A stretch of DNA of 53,252 bases from Octopus bimaculoides (lineage: Eukaryota): NCBI RefSeq assembly GCF_001194135.2, contig NC_068990.1, positions 39,693,684 through 39,746,935 on the forward strand, read 5' to 3'. Every line of letters starts with the position of its first letter. The first letter of the stretch is position 1. The position numbers were made by a program, and so were the translations under genes. Shown here in pieces: positions 1 through 11,367 of this stretch. A model generated the notes under the pieces. It saw nothing but the letters and a program-made list of their open reading frames with translations. It made no database searches and had not been told where the DNA came from.

Positions 1-819
1 TAATTCACAGGTTATATCTGAGAAAGCTTCTTCTAACACAAAAAAATTCAGTAAAAGGAAATGTAAGTGTATATTATTTTATGTAAATAAATATCTTACA
101 GTTGTACAAAATGTTTCAATGTCATTTAAATGTTGTTTCTGAAAATTATAAAGAAAATCTTTCTGTCGAATGAATAGGTATTTCTCTAGTTCACCTACAT
201 ACCACAAATTCCTTCATAAAACACAGATGCCAAATCTGCTTAGCAGACAAATATAATGCTCTAACAAAGATTTAATACTATTAAATAAGCGTGAACTGGT
301 CTCAAAGTGCCAGAATAAAGATTGGTCTCATTAGTCAATTCCATCTACAGACACATTAAATACCTGGATATTTATATAAACAGATCATGAACAAAAATGT
401 GTTTTACAAAAATCTTCATTTGTATGAGAATAAAAAATTTCCCCCCTTTGCCAAGCCATGTTGAGCCAGTGTTGCAGTGCAGGCTCATCAAACCAGTATA
501 ATCTCAAGCTCAAATTCACAGCCTCCACAATGGATTGTGATTGGTGGAGAGAACATACTAAGACTTTTGTTTTGTGTGGATTGGATACGGGCAACCCAAT
601 CCAATCCAATCCAATCCAAAATCACTTAAAACAATTTTTCTTTTTCCTTTTCCTATTATACATATTCTCTACATACACAATAAAACAGTATTAAATTAAA
701 ATAACTACCTATGTATTATATGAAACTTATGTGCACGGTTCAAAGGCATGATGCTCTGATATTTCTTTGAGAGAAAATCCAGAGCATTATGCCTTTCAAT
801 GGTGTATTTACATAAAGTA

Positions 820-862
<43 letters not shown>

Positions 863-2032
863 AGTCATCACAAAAATGTATGTATACTTACACACACATA
901 CAGTCTCATGTACACTCATACACATATACTTCTCAGTCATCGGCCTAACATATGTAATGAACGCTCAAACACACACTCACTCAGACACATACATACTCAT
1001 ATAGAAAATGTAATGTCGTCGTCAAGGTGGTGGTGGTATAAAATGTCGTTTACAATAGTTGACTTATGGAAAGATTATAATGTTAAATTTTTGTAATGCA
1101 AATATGTAAATGAAAATAAAGTTTATTTGATAGCCCAAAAGATTACTGAATCTTTTGATACTCCATNNNNNNNNNNNNNNNNNNNNNNNNNNNNNNNNNN
1201 NNNNNNNNNNNNNNNNNNNNNNNNNNNNNNNNNNNNNNNNNNNNNNNNNNNNNNNNNNNNNNNNNNNNNNNNNNNNNNNNNNNNNNNNNNNNNNNNNNNN
1301 NNNNNNNNNNNNNNNNNNNNNNNNNNNNNNNNNNNNNNNNNNNNNNNNNNNNNNNNNNNNNNNNNNNNNNNNNNNNNNNNNNNNNNNNNNNNNNNNNNNN
1401 NNNNNNNNNNNNNNNNNNNNNNNNNNNNNNNNNNNNNNNNNNNNNNNNNNNNNNNNNNNNNNNNNNNNNNNNNNNNNNNNNNNNNNNNNNNNNNNNNNNN
1501 NNNNNNNNNNNNNNNNNNNNNNNNNNNNNNNNNNNNNNNNNNNNNNNNNNNNNNNNNNNNNNNNNNNNNNNNNNNNNNNNNNNNNNNNNNNNNNNNNNNN
1601 NNNNNNNNNNNNNNNNNNNNNNNNNATATATATATATATACCTTCATTTTTAATTTCTAAATTTCTGAATTCTTGAATTCTTTATTTCACACACTTTTCA
1701 ATGTTAATTATCATGTTAGATATATCAGTAAATGCTTAAATTTGTCTATTAATTTTCAAATCAATGCTTATAATTAAATAGACAAAAATACAGACAGGCG
1801 CAGATAGAAACGAAGATAAACTACCAGTTTTAGACAGGAAGATGTAAATAGACATATCCATAATTAAACATACATTTGCATAAATAAGTGAATAGATACA
1901 CAGATAGACGTTTAAATACACAGCCAGATAAATAGATATATATATATAGATATATATAGTCTCATCTAAGGTTGGATAAATAAGCAGATATATGGAATGG
2001 CAGACAGCCACATTGAATATTAAAGATAGATA

Positions 2033-2085
2033 CAGAGGTAGACAAAATAATGGAAACACCTTGTTTGATGATAGTTTTATTATTT
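2033..2085 (+). mobile_element. Solo left-end remnant (TIR) of the Tc1 family found at 7250-8526
   Basis: TA|CAGAGGTAGACAAAATAATGGAAACACCT matches the TIRs at 7250-7279 and 8497-8526. The following ATGATAGTTTTA resembles ATCATAGTTTTA inside the left end of the full element. It is truncated near a SINE. Confidence 0.8.
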
Positions 2086-2090
2086 AATAT

Positions 2091-2315
2091 GAAGTGGTGA
2101 GCAGGCAGAATTGTTAGCATGCTGGACGAAATGCCTGGCTGCATTTCATCTGCTTTCGTGCTCTGAATTCAAATTACACTGAGGTTGATTTTTGCCTTTC
2201 ATGCTTTTGTGGTCAATAAAATAAGTACCAGTGGAGCACTGAGGTTGATGCAATTGTCATTTCCCTCCACTACAATTTCTTGCCTTGTGCCAAAAATCTA
2301 AAATTGTTATTTAAT
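2091..2315 (+). mobile_element. SINE family B (AAGGYGGCGAGCTGGCAGAA head), degenerate
   Basis: Aligns by eye to the young copy at 43836-44068, including the GCCTTTCAT...AAATAAGTACCAG central block. Confidence 0.85.
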
Positions 2316-2543
2316 ATGGAGTTGGTTCACCTTTGACATTGATTATAACTTTGATAAATTGAAGAATTGACTCATACAGGTTCTGACTGGTTGTTCAAGA
2401 ATTTTGAGCCATTCTTTTTAAATGTAAACTTCTTTAGCCTTTTCAGTGATTATGGCAGAGGGAAGCAGTCCCCACCCACTTGCTGCTCAAAAATGCTTGA
2501 ATATAATGAGATCCAGTGATTTCTGGAGGCAATCCAAGTGGTC

Positions 2544-2907
2544 TTTACTCTTTAACTTGTTTCAGTCATTTGACTGTGGCCATGCTGGAGCACCGCCTTT
2601 AGTCGAGCAAATCGACCCCAGGACTTATTCTTTGTAAGCCTAGTACTTATTGTATCAGTCTCTTTTGCCAAACTGCTAAGTTATGGGAATGCAAACACAC
2701 CAGCATCGGTTGTCAAGCGATGTTGGGGGGACAAACACAGACACACAAGCACACAAACACACATATATATACATATATACGACAGGCTTCTTTTCAGTTT
2801 TTGTCTACCAAATCCACTCCCAAGGCTTTGGTTGGCCCGAAGCTATAGTAGAAGACACTTGTCCAAGGTGCCACGCAGTGGGACTGAACCCGGAACTCCT
2901 GTGCCTA
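2544..2907 (-). mobile_element. SINE family A (GGCGCAGGAGTGGCTGTGTGG head), with an internal deletion in the head
   Basis: Reverse complement of the 44849-45307 copy. About 37 bp of the head between GGAAC and CTCCTGTGCC is missing. Confidence 0.9.
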
Positions 2908-3360
2908 TCTACTTCACTTTTGTGCTCTTCATATCAATTTTGAATAATATCAGCCATGTAGATTGGCCTACTGTCGTCATCGTAGATTGTGCTACCATCA
3001 AGAAACAATGCTTCTACCATGGAATGGACATGAACAGCCAAAAGTGATTTTTATAATCTTTGCTCTTCTGGATTAACAAGCAAGGTTTCAAGACTTGAAC
3101 TGCATAGAAGAATTTGACACCAGAAAAGGGACCTAACAAAATTTAAATGATATAAAATCTTAATGAGGCAAATAATGAAATTGAATAGAAGAAAGCCAAA
3201 ATATAAACAGACAAAAAAAGAACTACAATTTTAGGCAGCTAGAGATGATCTACACTGACATGAAACACTAGAACTCAATAGACTAAAGTTGGTCTACACT
3301 GACATAAAAACCCAAGCATTTTATAAAATTAATAAGACAATTTCAGAGAGAAGAGGTGAG

Positions 3361-3396
3361 TTCTGATATTTCGGTCAGGGCCCCTTCTTTGGAGAA
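3361..3396 (-). ncRNA. Degenerate minimal type-I hammerhead-like motif
   Basis: Minus strand reads TTCT-CCAAAGA-A-GGGGCCCTGACC-GAAA-TA-TC-AGAA. Stem I is TTCT/AGAA, GAAA is present, stem III is palindromic ATAT and the site is UC. The core has 2 mismatches to CUGANGA. Confidence 0.45.
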
Positions 3397-4168
3397 AATA
3401 AACACTGATACAAATGCTGTAAGGTCCAAAGTCATTTTTAGGGAATGGCCCTGAAGTTGATGCTGATCTTGTCCAGTAAATTGAAGACGTCTCTTAAAGG
3501 TTGGTAATGTATTAAAGAATATGAAATGAAAATACTCTTAGTTAATTTTGAGAAGTCAACCCTACTCCAACAGATCATAAATACAAATTTAATGAAAATG
3601 TGAGCACATTAGCATATATTGCACAATAGTATATTCAGGTACCATCAGCAGTTAAGTGGAGTTTTGGGTAGATTTTCTTATTTTTACCAACATATAACAT
3701 CATTATTTTCCATTTATCTGTTATTAAGTATATTTATAAACACCTTCCTTGTCAGTATCTTTGAAGCGAAATGTGTAATCAATATGTAAGGTGAGAAAGG
3801 AATTGGATTAGAAGTAGATAAAAAGAATTATTAGCTAGAGAATACTAGATAAACAAGTGGCAAACAATAAAGATCGGAAAGAAGTCATGAAAGCAAGTTT
3901 AATTTAAATGTAAGTTCTGTAAATTGTTATGAACTGTTAGTTACTGGAGCAAAATGATTTGTACGGATTTGTATGTTTAATGATAGGATAAAATGCCATG
4001 TCCTTAATTTTTAGGCAATCATGTCTGGAGTGGTTTCTCATGTAGGCAAGTATCTTATTTATTTTTTTTATTGATTTTATTACTAACCTAAATTTTGAAC
4101 ATTTTCCCTTTATGGTATCATATTGTGCCTAGCTGTTTATATTAATTTTATATATAGATATATATATA

Positions 4169-4408
4169 GGCGCAGGAGTGGCTGTGTGGAAAGTAGCTTG
4201 CTTACCAACCACATGGTTCCAGGTTCAGTCTCACTGCATGGCACCTTGGGCAAGTGTCTTCTACTATAGCCTCAGGCCGACCAAAGCCTTGTGGGTGGAT
4301 TTGGTAGATGGAAACTGAAAGAAGCCCGTCGTATATATGTGTATATGTATATATATATGTATGTGTGTTTGTGTGTCTGTGTTTGTCGCCCCACCATCAC
4401 TTGACAAC
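4169..4408 (+). mobile_element. SINE family A, 5' part running into a gap
   Basis: Pol III-like head (TGGCTGTGTGG ... GGTTCAGTC), then GCACCTTGGGCAAGTGTCTT and an internal (TA)/(TG) tract. Preceded by (TA)n. Confidence 0.92.
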
Positions 4409-5228
4409 NNNNNNNNNNNNNNNNNNNNNNNNNNNNNNNNNNNNNNNNNNNNNNNNNNNNNNNNNNNNNNNNNNNNNNNNNNNNNNNNNNNNNNNNNNNN
4501 NNNNNNNNNNNNNNNNNNNNNNNNNNNNNNNNNNNNNNNNNNNNNNNNNNNNNNNNNNNNNNNNNNNNNNNNNNNNNNNNNNNNNNNNNNNNNNNNNNNN
4601 NNNNNNNNNNNNNNNNNNNNNNNNNNNNNNNNNNNNNNNNNNNNNNNNNNNNNNNNNNNNNNNNNNNNNNNNNNNNNNNNNNNNNNNNNNNNNNNNNNNN
4701 NNNNNNNNNNNNNNNNNNNNNNNNNNNNNNNNNNNNNNNNNNNNNNNNNNNNNNNNNNNNNNNNNNNNNNNNNNNNNNNNNNNNNNNNNNNNNNNNNNNN
4801 NNNNNNNNNNNNNNNNNNNNNNNNNNNNNNNNNNNNNNNNNNNNNNNNNNNNNNNNNNNNNNNNNNNNNNNNNNNNNNNNNNNNNNNNNNNNNNNNNNNN
4901 NNNNNNNNNNNNNNNNNNNNNNNNNNNNNNNNNNNNNNNNNNNNNNNNNNNNNNNNNNNNNNNNNNNNNNNNNNNNNNNNNNNNNNNNNNNNNNNNNNNN
5001 NNNNNNNNNNNNNNNNNNNNNNNNNNNNNNNNNNNNNNNNNNNNNNNNNNNNNNNNNNNNNNNNNNNNNNNNNNNNNNNNNNNNNNNNNNNNNNNNNNNN
5101 NNNNNNNNNNNNNNNNNNNNNNNNNNNNNNNNNNNNNNNNNNNNNNNNNNNNNNNNNNNNNNNNNNNNNNNNNNNNNNNNNNNNNNNNNNNNNNNNNNNN
5201 NNNNNNNNTGTGTGTGTGTGTGTGTATG

Positions 5229-5266
<38 letters not shown>

Positions 5267-5444
5267 CGTGTGCACGTGTGTACATGCATGTGCGCATGTG
5301 TAGTTAGCACTAAAACAGAAGACAGGCCTGAATGCATACAATAGAGAAAACTCTGCTCAAAGTATGCAGGGACCAGAAGTGACAGTTAATAAAGACTATG
5401 AACTAAATGTATCCCTCAAGACAGAATCAGTCTCACAACTTCTA

Positions 5445-5590
5445 TATAGTTTCTATCAATCGAATTTTCCCCTACAAAGTTTTGGTCAAACTGAGCCAGT
5501 GGCAGAAGAAAACTGCACAAAGTGCTGTGTTGTGGGACTGAACTAGAATCTATTTGGTTATAAAGTAACCTTCTTAAACACACAATAATA
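5445..5590 (-). mobile_element. Old SINE family A head remnant
   Basis: Degenerate match to GGGACTGAAC...CTTCTTAAACACACA. Confidence 0.55.
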
Positions 5591-6489
5591 CCTACATTCA
5601 AATCAAAATAGACACATATTTAACAAATAGTTGGTCCAAAACATCACCTTCAATATAGTGGTTAAAAATATCAAGTTGAAGAAACATTTCTCTCTTCCTC
5701 CCTTTCTCCTCCCCCCCACTCTCTCACTCTCTTTCTGTGAGACAAATAAACAATCAAAGATTCAGAACATTTGGAGGTTTGGATAACTCAAGGTTAGTTT
5801 AGTGTCGAACTAACTGACATGTACTCTTCCACCAACGTAATAGTTGAAACACAAATTGCTCCTCTAGAGAAAGACTAAATGTATTTTAATCGTACATATA
5901 ATCATATGCATTATAATTCTTTTAATCACTTGTCTCACACATAATTGATGTCTAAACTTTGTAATCCGAGAGAAAAGAGAGTCAGTTATAAAGCTAAATT
6001 ATAATAAAGAAATGGATAACTTAACCAGGCTGACGCCTACGGGTTGTTGGATGTAGTCACTTGTTCCTACAGTTTACATATTGCTTGACATGGCTTTCAT
6101 TTTTAATTCCGAGTATAATGTAATTATATACTATGTATGGTTTTGTGTTTTGATTCTAAAACACTGTATATATCCATGAGTCTACTGCATACAAAAGCTT
6201 CCACCTGATATCACTTCATTCTACATTCAAATTACATTTAAGAAGTGATTATTTCCAAAATAAAGTTTTTCTTTAAATATGTTATAAGTTACTATATATG
6301 AGATGTGTGTGTGTGTGTGTGTGTGTGTGTTTGTGTGTGTATACCCACACACACATATATATATATATATATATCCACATGTAGGTATTTCTGTCATAAT
6401 ACATACATACATACACATATACTAACTTATGTATGTACTCTGGATGGTTTAAGTTGCTTTGGTGGTATTTGTTTTCACTTTGTTCCAGG

Positions 6490-6855
6490 TGCCACCTAAA
6501 CTCAGCAAGCCGTTTGCTCAGTGGTGTCTCCCATGAAGTACATTTGAAGGAATCGGTGTTCAGCTTTGTTGACTGGAAGAATAGTGCCTATCTGGTGATA
6601 GGTTTGGTCTTGTATTTTGAACGTTAGCATATAGGAGTTTTCATGAATGGGTTTGTGACTGAAAGTTGTCATCTGGAAGGCAAAGTTATGAGCACAAATT
6701 TTCTGTATAAATTGCTGTGAATCAGGGTGTTGACCAAAGAGTAAGGAGAGCAAAGGCTGAGGAGTGGTTTGCAGGTCAGGCAAGTGAACCTTTCCATTTG
6801 AGCAGCATAGGCCATTGGATTCTCCAACCCACTTGATATTTGTCATAGGCACAAT
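6490..6855 (-). mobile_element. Helitron RepHel N-terminal coding fragment (pseudogenised)
   Basis: ORF 6502-6852: GLCCSNGKVHLPDL..PQPLLSLLFGQHPDSQQFIQKICAHNFAFQMTTF...TFKIQDQTYHQIGTILP....RFLQMYFMGD. This matches the characteristic Helitron motif CC..GKV.LP.L...YNS.FQMTSF...FK.QGQ.YH.IGSLLP....FLQ.YF.GD. Confidence 0.88.
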
Positions 6856-7249
6856 AGGTTTGAAAGCAAGACCTCATGATTGTGAAGTGAACTTCTTAAC
6901 CATTTGGCCAGTGGTAGAGACAAACTAAGACTTATACAAAAGAACCTATACACTAAATGAGTCTAGCTGCTATATCAACCACAGGTAAAGGCTCTCTTTT
7001 ATAATAGAAAGGTACCTGTATTCTGTGTTCTAAGGATGAATATGTTTCTTATTTATTGACACCACCTTTGTGTTTCAGTGTTTAGATTAAGCTTGGTCAA
7101 CTTGTAACACTTTATGACATTTTGTATTGTATGAATAATGCTATTATACTCTTAAAATAAATGCCAGTCTCTATTAATATATTTTCATGTCATGTAAAGT
7201 GAAATAACTTCATTCTTATTGCTTTTTACATCCCTTAGTTTACGATATA

Positions 7250-8526
7250 TAGGGGTTGAACAAAATAATAGAAACACCTAACATCATAGCATCATAGTTT
7301 TAAAATATTTATAAAACTATCAAAAGCTTATTTAATTTTATGTTTCTTGATTTATTATTAGTGTTGCTTAATATGTTTTGCTAAAATTGCTGGTTTTTTT
7401 CAGATATCATAAGAAAAAGGCAATTAAAATTCATTAAAATGACAGATCTATCGGACTTCCAAACTGGTCAAATTGTTGGTACTCATATGGCAGGCGCCAG
7501 CGTAATGAAAACAGCTGAAATGTTTGGTGTACTAAGAAGTACTGTCTCAAAAGTAATGACAGCCGTTGAGAAAGAGGGAAAAACCTCCTTTTTGAAACAA
7601 AACTCTGGAAGAAAACCAAAACTTTCAGATAGAGACCGTCAGACTCTTACACGAACTGTTAGAAAGGATCACAAAAGTACAGGTCCCAAAAATACTGCAG
7701 AGCTTAATGACCATTTTGAAAACCCAGTTTCCACAAAAAACTGTCTGCCGGGAGTTGCACAAAGCTGGACTTCATGGGAGGGCTGCAATCAGAAAACCAC
7801 TACTTTCAAAAACAAACATTGCAAAACATTTAGAGTGGAGTAAAAATCTACAGAATTGGTCCTTAGAGCAGTGGAAGAATGTTATTTTCGCGGATGAGTC
7901 ATCCCTTATCTTATTTTCAACCACTGGCTGAATATATGTGTAGAGACAGCCAAAAGAAGCATTTGACCCAGACTGCCTTCTTCCAACTGTTAAACAGAGG
8001 AGGGTCTGTGATGATCTGGCAGGGATGGGGGGCTATATCTTGGAAATCCACCAGCCCAATGGTTTCCCTTCGTGGCAGAATTAATAGTCAAGACTATTTA
8101 AGCATTTTATTTGATCAAATTCATCCTATGATTGCGGAACTGTTTCCGGAGGGAAACGCAATCTTTCATGATGATAATGCACCAATTCACACAGCTAAAG
8201 CTGTTACTGAATGACATGAGGAAGATTCTAGTGAAGTTTGAACATCTTATCTGGTCACCACAGTCCCCAGATCTCAATATTATTGAACATTTATGGCGCA
8301 TTTTAGAAAAACATATAAGGAGTCGATATCCTCCACTATTACCACTACAAGAACTGGAGACTGTTTTAGCAGAAGAATGGACAAAAATTCTTTGGAAACA
8401 ATTCAAACTTTGTACAAGTCCATACCTCATAGAATTTAAGCTGTAATTACTGCCAAAGATGGTCCTACCCCATATTAAAATAAATTTGAAATTTTAAGGT
8501 GTTTCCATTATTTTGTCCAGCCCCTC
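7250..8526 (+). mobile_element. Full-length (1277 bp) Tc1/mariner DNA transposon, DD36E (Incomer-like)
   Basis: 30-bp TIRs at 7250-7279 and 8497-8526 (AGGGGYTGRACAAAATAATRGAAACACCT), flanked by TA at 7248-7249 and 8527-8528. Contains a transposase pseudogene. Confidence 0.95.
7439..8460 (+). pseudogene. Frameshifted Tc1-family transposase
   Basis: N-terminal HTH MTDLSDFQTGQIVG..AGASV.KTAEMFGV.RSTVSKV, then KPLLS, VIFADES (D at 7893), HDDNAPIH (D at 8173) and SPDLNIIEHLW (E at 8285). These are spread over four ORFs with stops and frameshifts. Confidence 0.95.
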
Positions 8527-9489
8527 TATGTATATTAAAATAGCAAATATATATAATATTCAATGCATATTATATACTTGTATTTAGCACATGCATACAG
8601 TAATATGGCTGGGGAGGGAGGGACAAAGGTAACTGTCCACCCTGTGCAATGTTTTAGTGGATGACACTTTTGAGTCTGTCGTATAAGATTGTAGATGTTT
8701 GGGAGCCTGGAGCAGCTAACTCAAGGGTTGCTTGGACAACACCCACTCTAGCTACACCACTACATGCTTGTCATCACAGAGCCTACAAGAAAACTGCTAT
8801 ACGATTGTTTAACCTGCAAGAAATACAATCAAACCTCCCTCAAATTTTAATACAACCATATGAAAAAATTCATACACACTGCTGGATCATAAATGATCTG
8901 AGATTAAAGAATAACAATGAACTGAATTATTCTTCTATAAGAATTCATAGATAAAAATAAAGGCTAAGTTAATTTTCTGTGAAGTGTGAAAAGTCTGTTT
9001 CAGATATTTGTACTTCAGAGAAAGAAAATATAGAAGCTTACGCTGTGGAAATAACTAAGACATACATGAGACATGGGGGAGTAACATGGAAGGAAAGGGG
9101 AAAGGAGAGTATGTGTTGTGTGTAGTGGTGTGAATATATAGGAGAAGACTGAAGGAGGAAATGGGGTCAGTGTAGAAAATTAGTTGCAGTGTATAAGCAA
9201 AACTACTTACCACACAGACTTTGATTTTTTTTTTTTTTGTTTCACCCATCTAGATTTCATTTGTCTCTCTCTACCTTTAGTGTTAATTAGACCAAAAGAC
9301 AACCCCCCACCACCAAAATAAACAATATTTAATTATTGTAAAATAAATTTCTTATCTTTCATCAAAACAATAGTAATAATATCCTGATAATTTCTCCACA
9401 TTTACAAATGTATATTAAGCTGAATGATTTGACTTATATTTGCTTGAAAACCATGTTCTTTTTTTTAAATATATGTTTTGGGTACACAT

Positions 9490-9875
9490 CCTGCGAGAGC
9501 CAACTTTGCATTTTATCTCTCTGAACTCAATAAAATAGGTTTTAATTAAGCTCTGGATTCCTCCACAGCAGAAGTATTAAGGCCACTCTCCCTGGTGAAG
9601 GGGATTGGCCTGTAAGAGCCCTGTGCCAGTGATATGTAAAAAGCACTAATGTCAGTGCCACATGAAAATGCTCATGTTGATGCCAGTATACACTGTAAAA
9701 GCACCCAGTAAACACACTGTAAAATAGTTGGCATTAGGAAGGGCATCCAGCTGTAGAAACCAAGCCAAATCAGACTGGAACCTGATGCAACTCCTCAGCT
9801 TGCCAGCTCCAGTCAAACCGTCCAACCCATGCCAGCATGGAAAACAGATGTTAAAGGATCATGATGATGATCATG
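9490..9875 (+). mobile_element. Degenerate SINE or LINE 3' segment with RTE-type tail ending in (GAT)n
   Basis: AGGAAGGGCATCCAGCTGTAGAAAC...CCAACCCATGCCAGCATGGAAAACAGATGTTAAA followed by GATGAT. The same tail occurs at 19893, 33100, 34377, 42780 and 47245. Confidence 0.8.
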
Positions 9876-10149
9876 ATTCTCCTTAGGTCAAAGTAACTTC
9901 CCGTGCATGCAAGGTTGATAATTTGAGTTAAATTGATTAAATCAACAATAATTTCCTATATAGAATTTAATGCATAAAAATTACTTTATTGAACACTTAG
10001 AAATTTGGAAATATGTTGATTTTCATTTCCTTCGAACTTTTAAAACTAAATTAACTTCCAATGATGAAAGAGATCAATCAAAAATAGATTAGAAATTAAG
10101 GAAGAACATAGGTGATTTATGTAACCAGAATGTTTACATGTTAGACACA

Positions 10150-11180
10150 ATTAAGAAAGTAATTCATGGATGGCAAAAGGACAACATTATTTTTGTTGAA
10201 TTTGTCATGAATAGGAGGATACTTGTAATAGAGGAAGGTAAGTGTCCCCTAGATTCTCTAAAATTGTACAGATGGTTACATGGGAAGGGAGATAAACACA
10301 AGTCACTATCAGATCAGAATCTACAAAAGCTGTATGGGTGGTTACTGAATAGAAAGCAAAGAACAGATTTCCACCAGATCTGGACCTGCTGTAAATGGGC
10401 TGCTAATCATAGTAAAGGAAGAATGCAAAAGAGATTTTCCCAAGATCATGTTCTGCAGAAATTGTCCTGTTGGTTACTGAGGAGTGAAATAGATATTGAT
10501 GGGAAAGAAACATGAGATTGCTTACTGCTGTTTCCATCATATTTGATATGTTGGATGTGATGATGACAGGTTGATAGCTGACAGGGATACTTGTTGAAAA
10601 TGAGACACACATGGGCATGTTTCTATACATTTGGTTAAATTTCTGTAAAGGGTGAGAGTGAGAATGAGAGGTGAGAGTGAGAATGAGAGGTGAGAGAAGT
10701 GATTGAAGAGTTTGATGACAAACGGAGTATTTGGTGAGAATAGGACCAGTTAGCTGTAGAGTGCACCGCTTTAAGGAAATGGAAGAAAATTATCAGGACA
10801 GGATGCTTCTTGAGCTGGGTTGTTGTGACCAGAATTTGACTCTTGACAACTGTATGTAATTGGGGTTGAAGTAGATGAAGTGAAGGAGGAACATTTTGGA
10901 ACAGTTTATGCAATACTTTGTTTTGGCAGCAAACAAATGTGATTGTATTTTGAGTTGGAATATTACTTTTAAATTTATCTTCATTGAGAAGTGATGAATA
11001 AGAAAAATATTCTCAAAAGTTGGTTGGGATTGTATTGATAATGAAACAGGAGACTCAGAAGGAAATTCGAAACTGATGGAGGAAAGCTTGCAGGTCATAT
11101 GATACTCAAACGAGTCTTTTGTTTTTATGGTAGGATTATCATGCTGGATAAATGCTGCCAAGGTAGTGAACACAAAGGTC
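10150..11180 (-). mobile_element. Old CR1/L2-group LINE remnant (start of RT domain plus upstream linker)
   Basis: Minus strand gives SIPVSYQPVIITSNISNMMETAVSNLM, similar to PSNYRPI.ITS.ISK.ME. It also gives LLSNHPYSFCRF.SDSDL...FRES, similar to LLSDHQYGFR..RSTGDL...GES. Many stops. Confidence 0.55.
10651..10696 (+). repeat. 19-bp tandem repeat, about 2.4 copies (GGTGAGAGTGAGAATGAGA)
   Basis: Directly visible. Confidence 0.9.
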
Positions 11181-11192
11181 CTTCAATAATTT

Positions 11193-11367
11193 GTAGATAG
11201 CATGGTATACTTAAATCGTAGATAGCATGGTATGCTTAAATCATAGATAGCATGGTATGCTTAAATCGTAGATAGCATGGTATGCTTAAATCATAGATAG
11301 CATGGTATACTTAAATCATAGATAGCATGGTATGCTTAAATCGTAGATAGCGTGGTATGCTTAAATC
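11193..11367 (+). repeat. Minisatellite, 7 x 25 bp (RTAGATAGCATGGTATGCTTAAATC)
   Basis: Seven contiguous units with only a few substitutions and no spacers. Confidence 0.97.

Noticed and set aside
10138-10515. 125-aa plus-strand ORF as a host gene
   Set aside because: It is antisense to a degenerate LINE RT segment, and its internal repeat reflects a duplication in that remnant.
11193-11367. CRISPR-like array of palindromic repeats
   Set aside because: Units are contiguous with no unique spacers, there are no cas genes, and the context is eukaryotic. It is a minisatellite.
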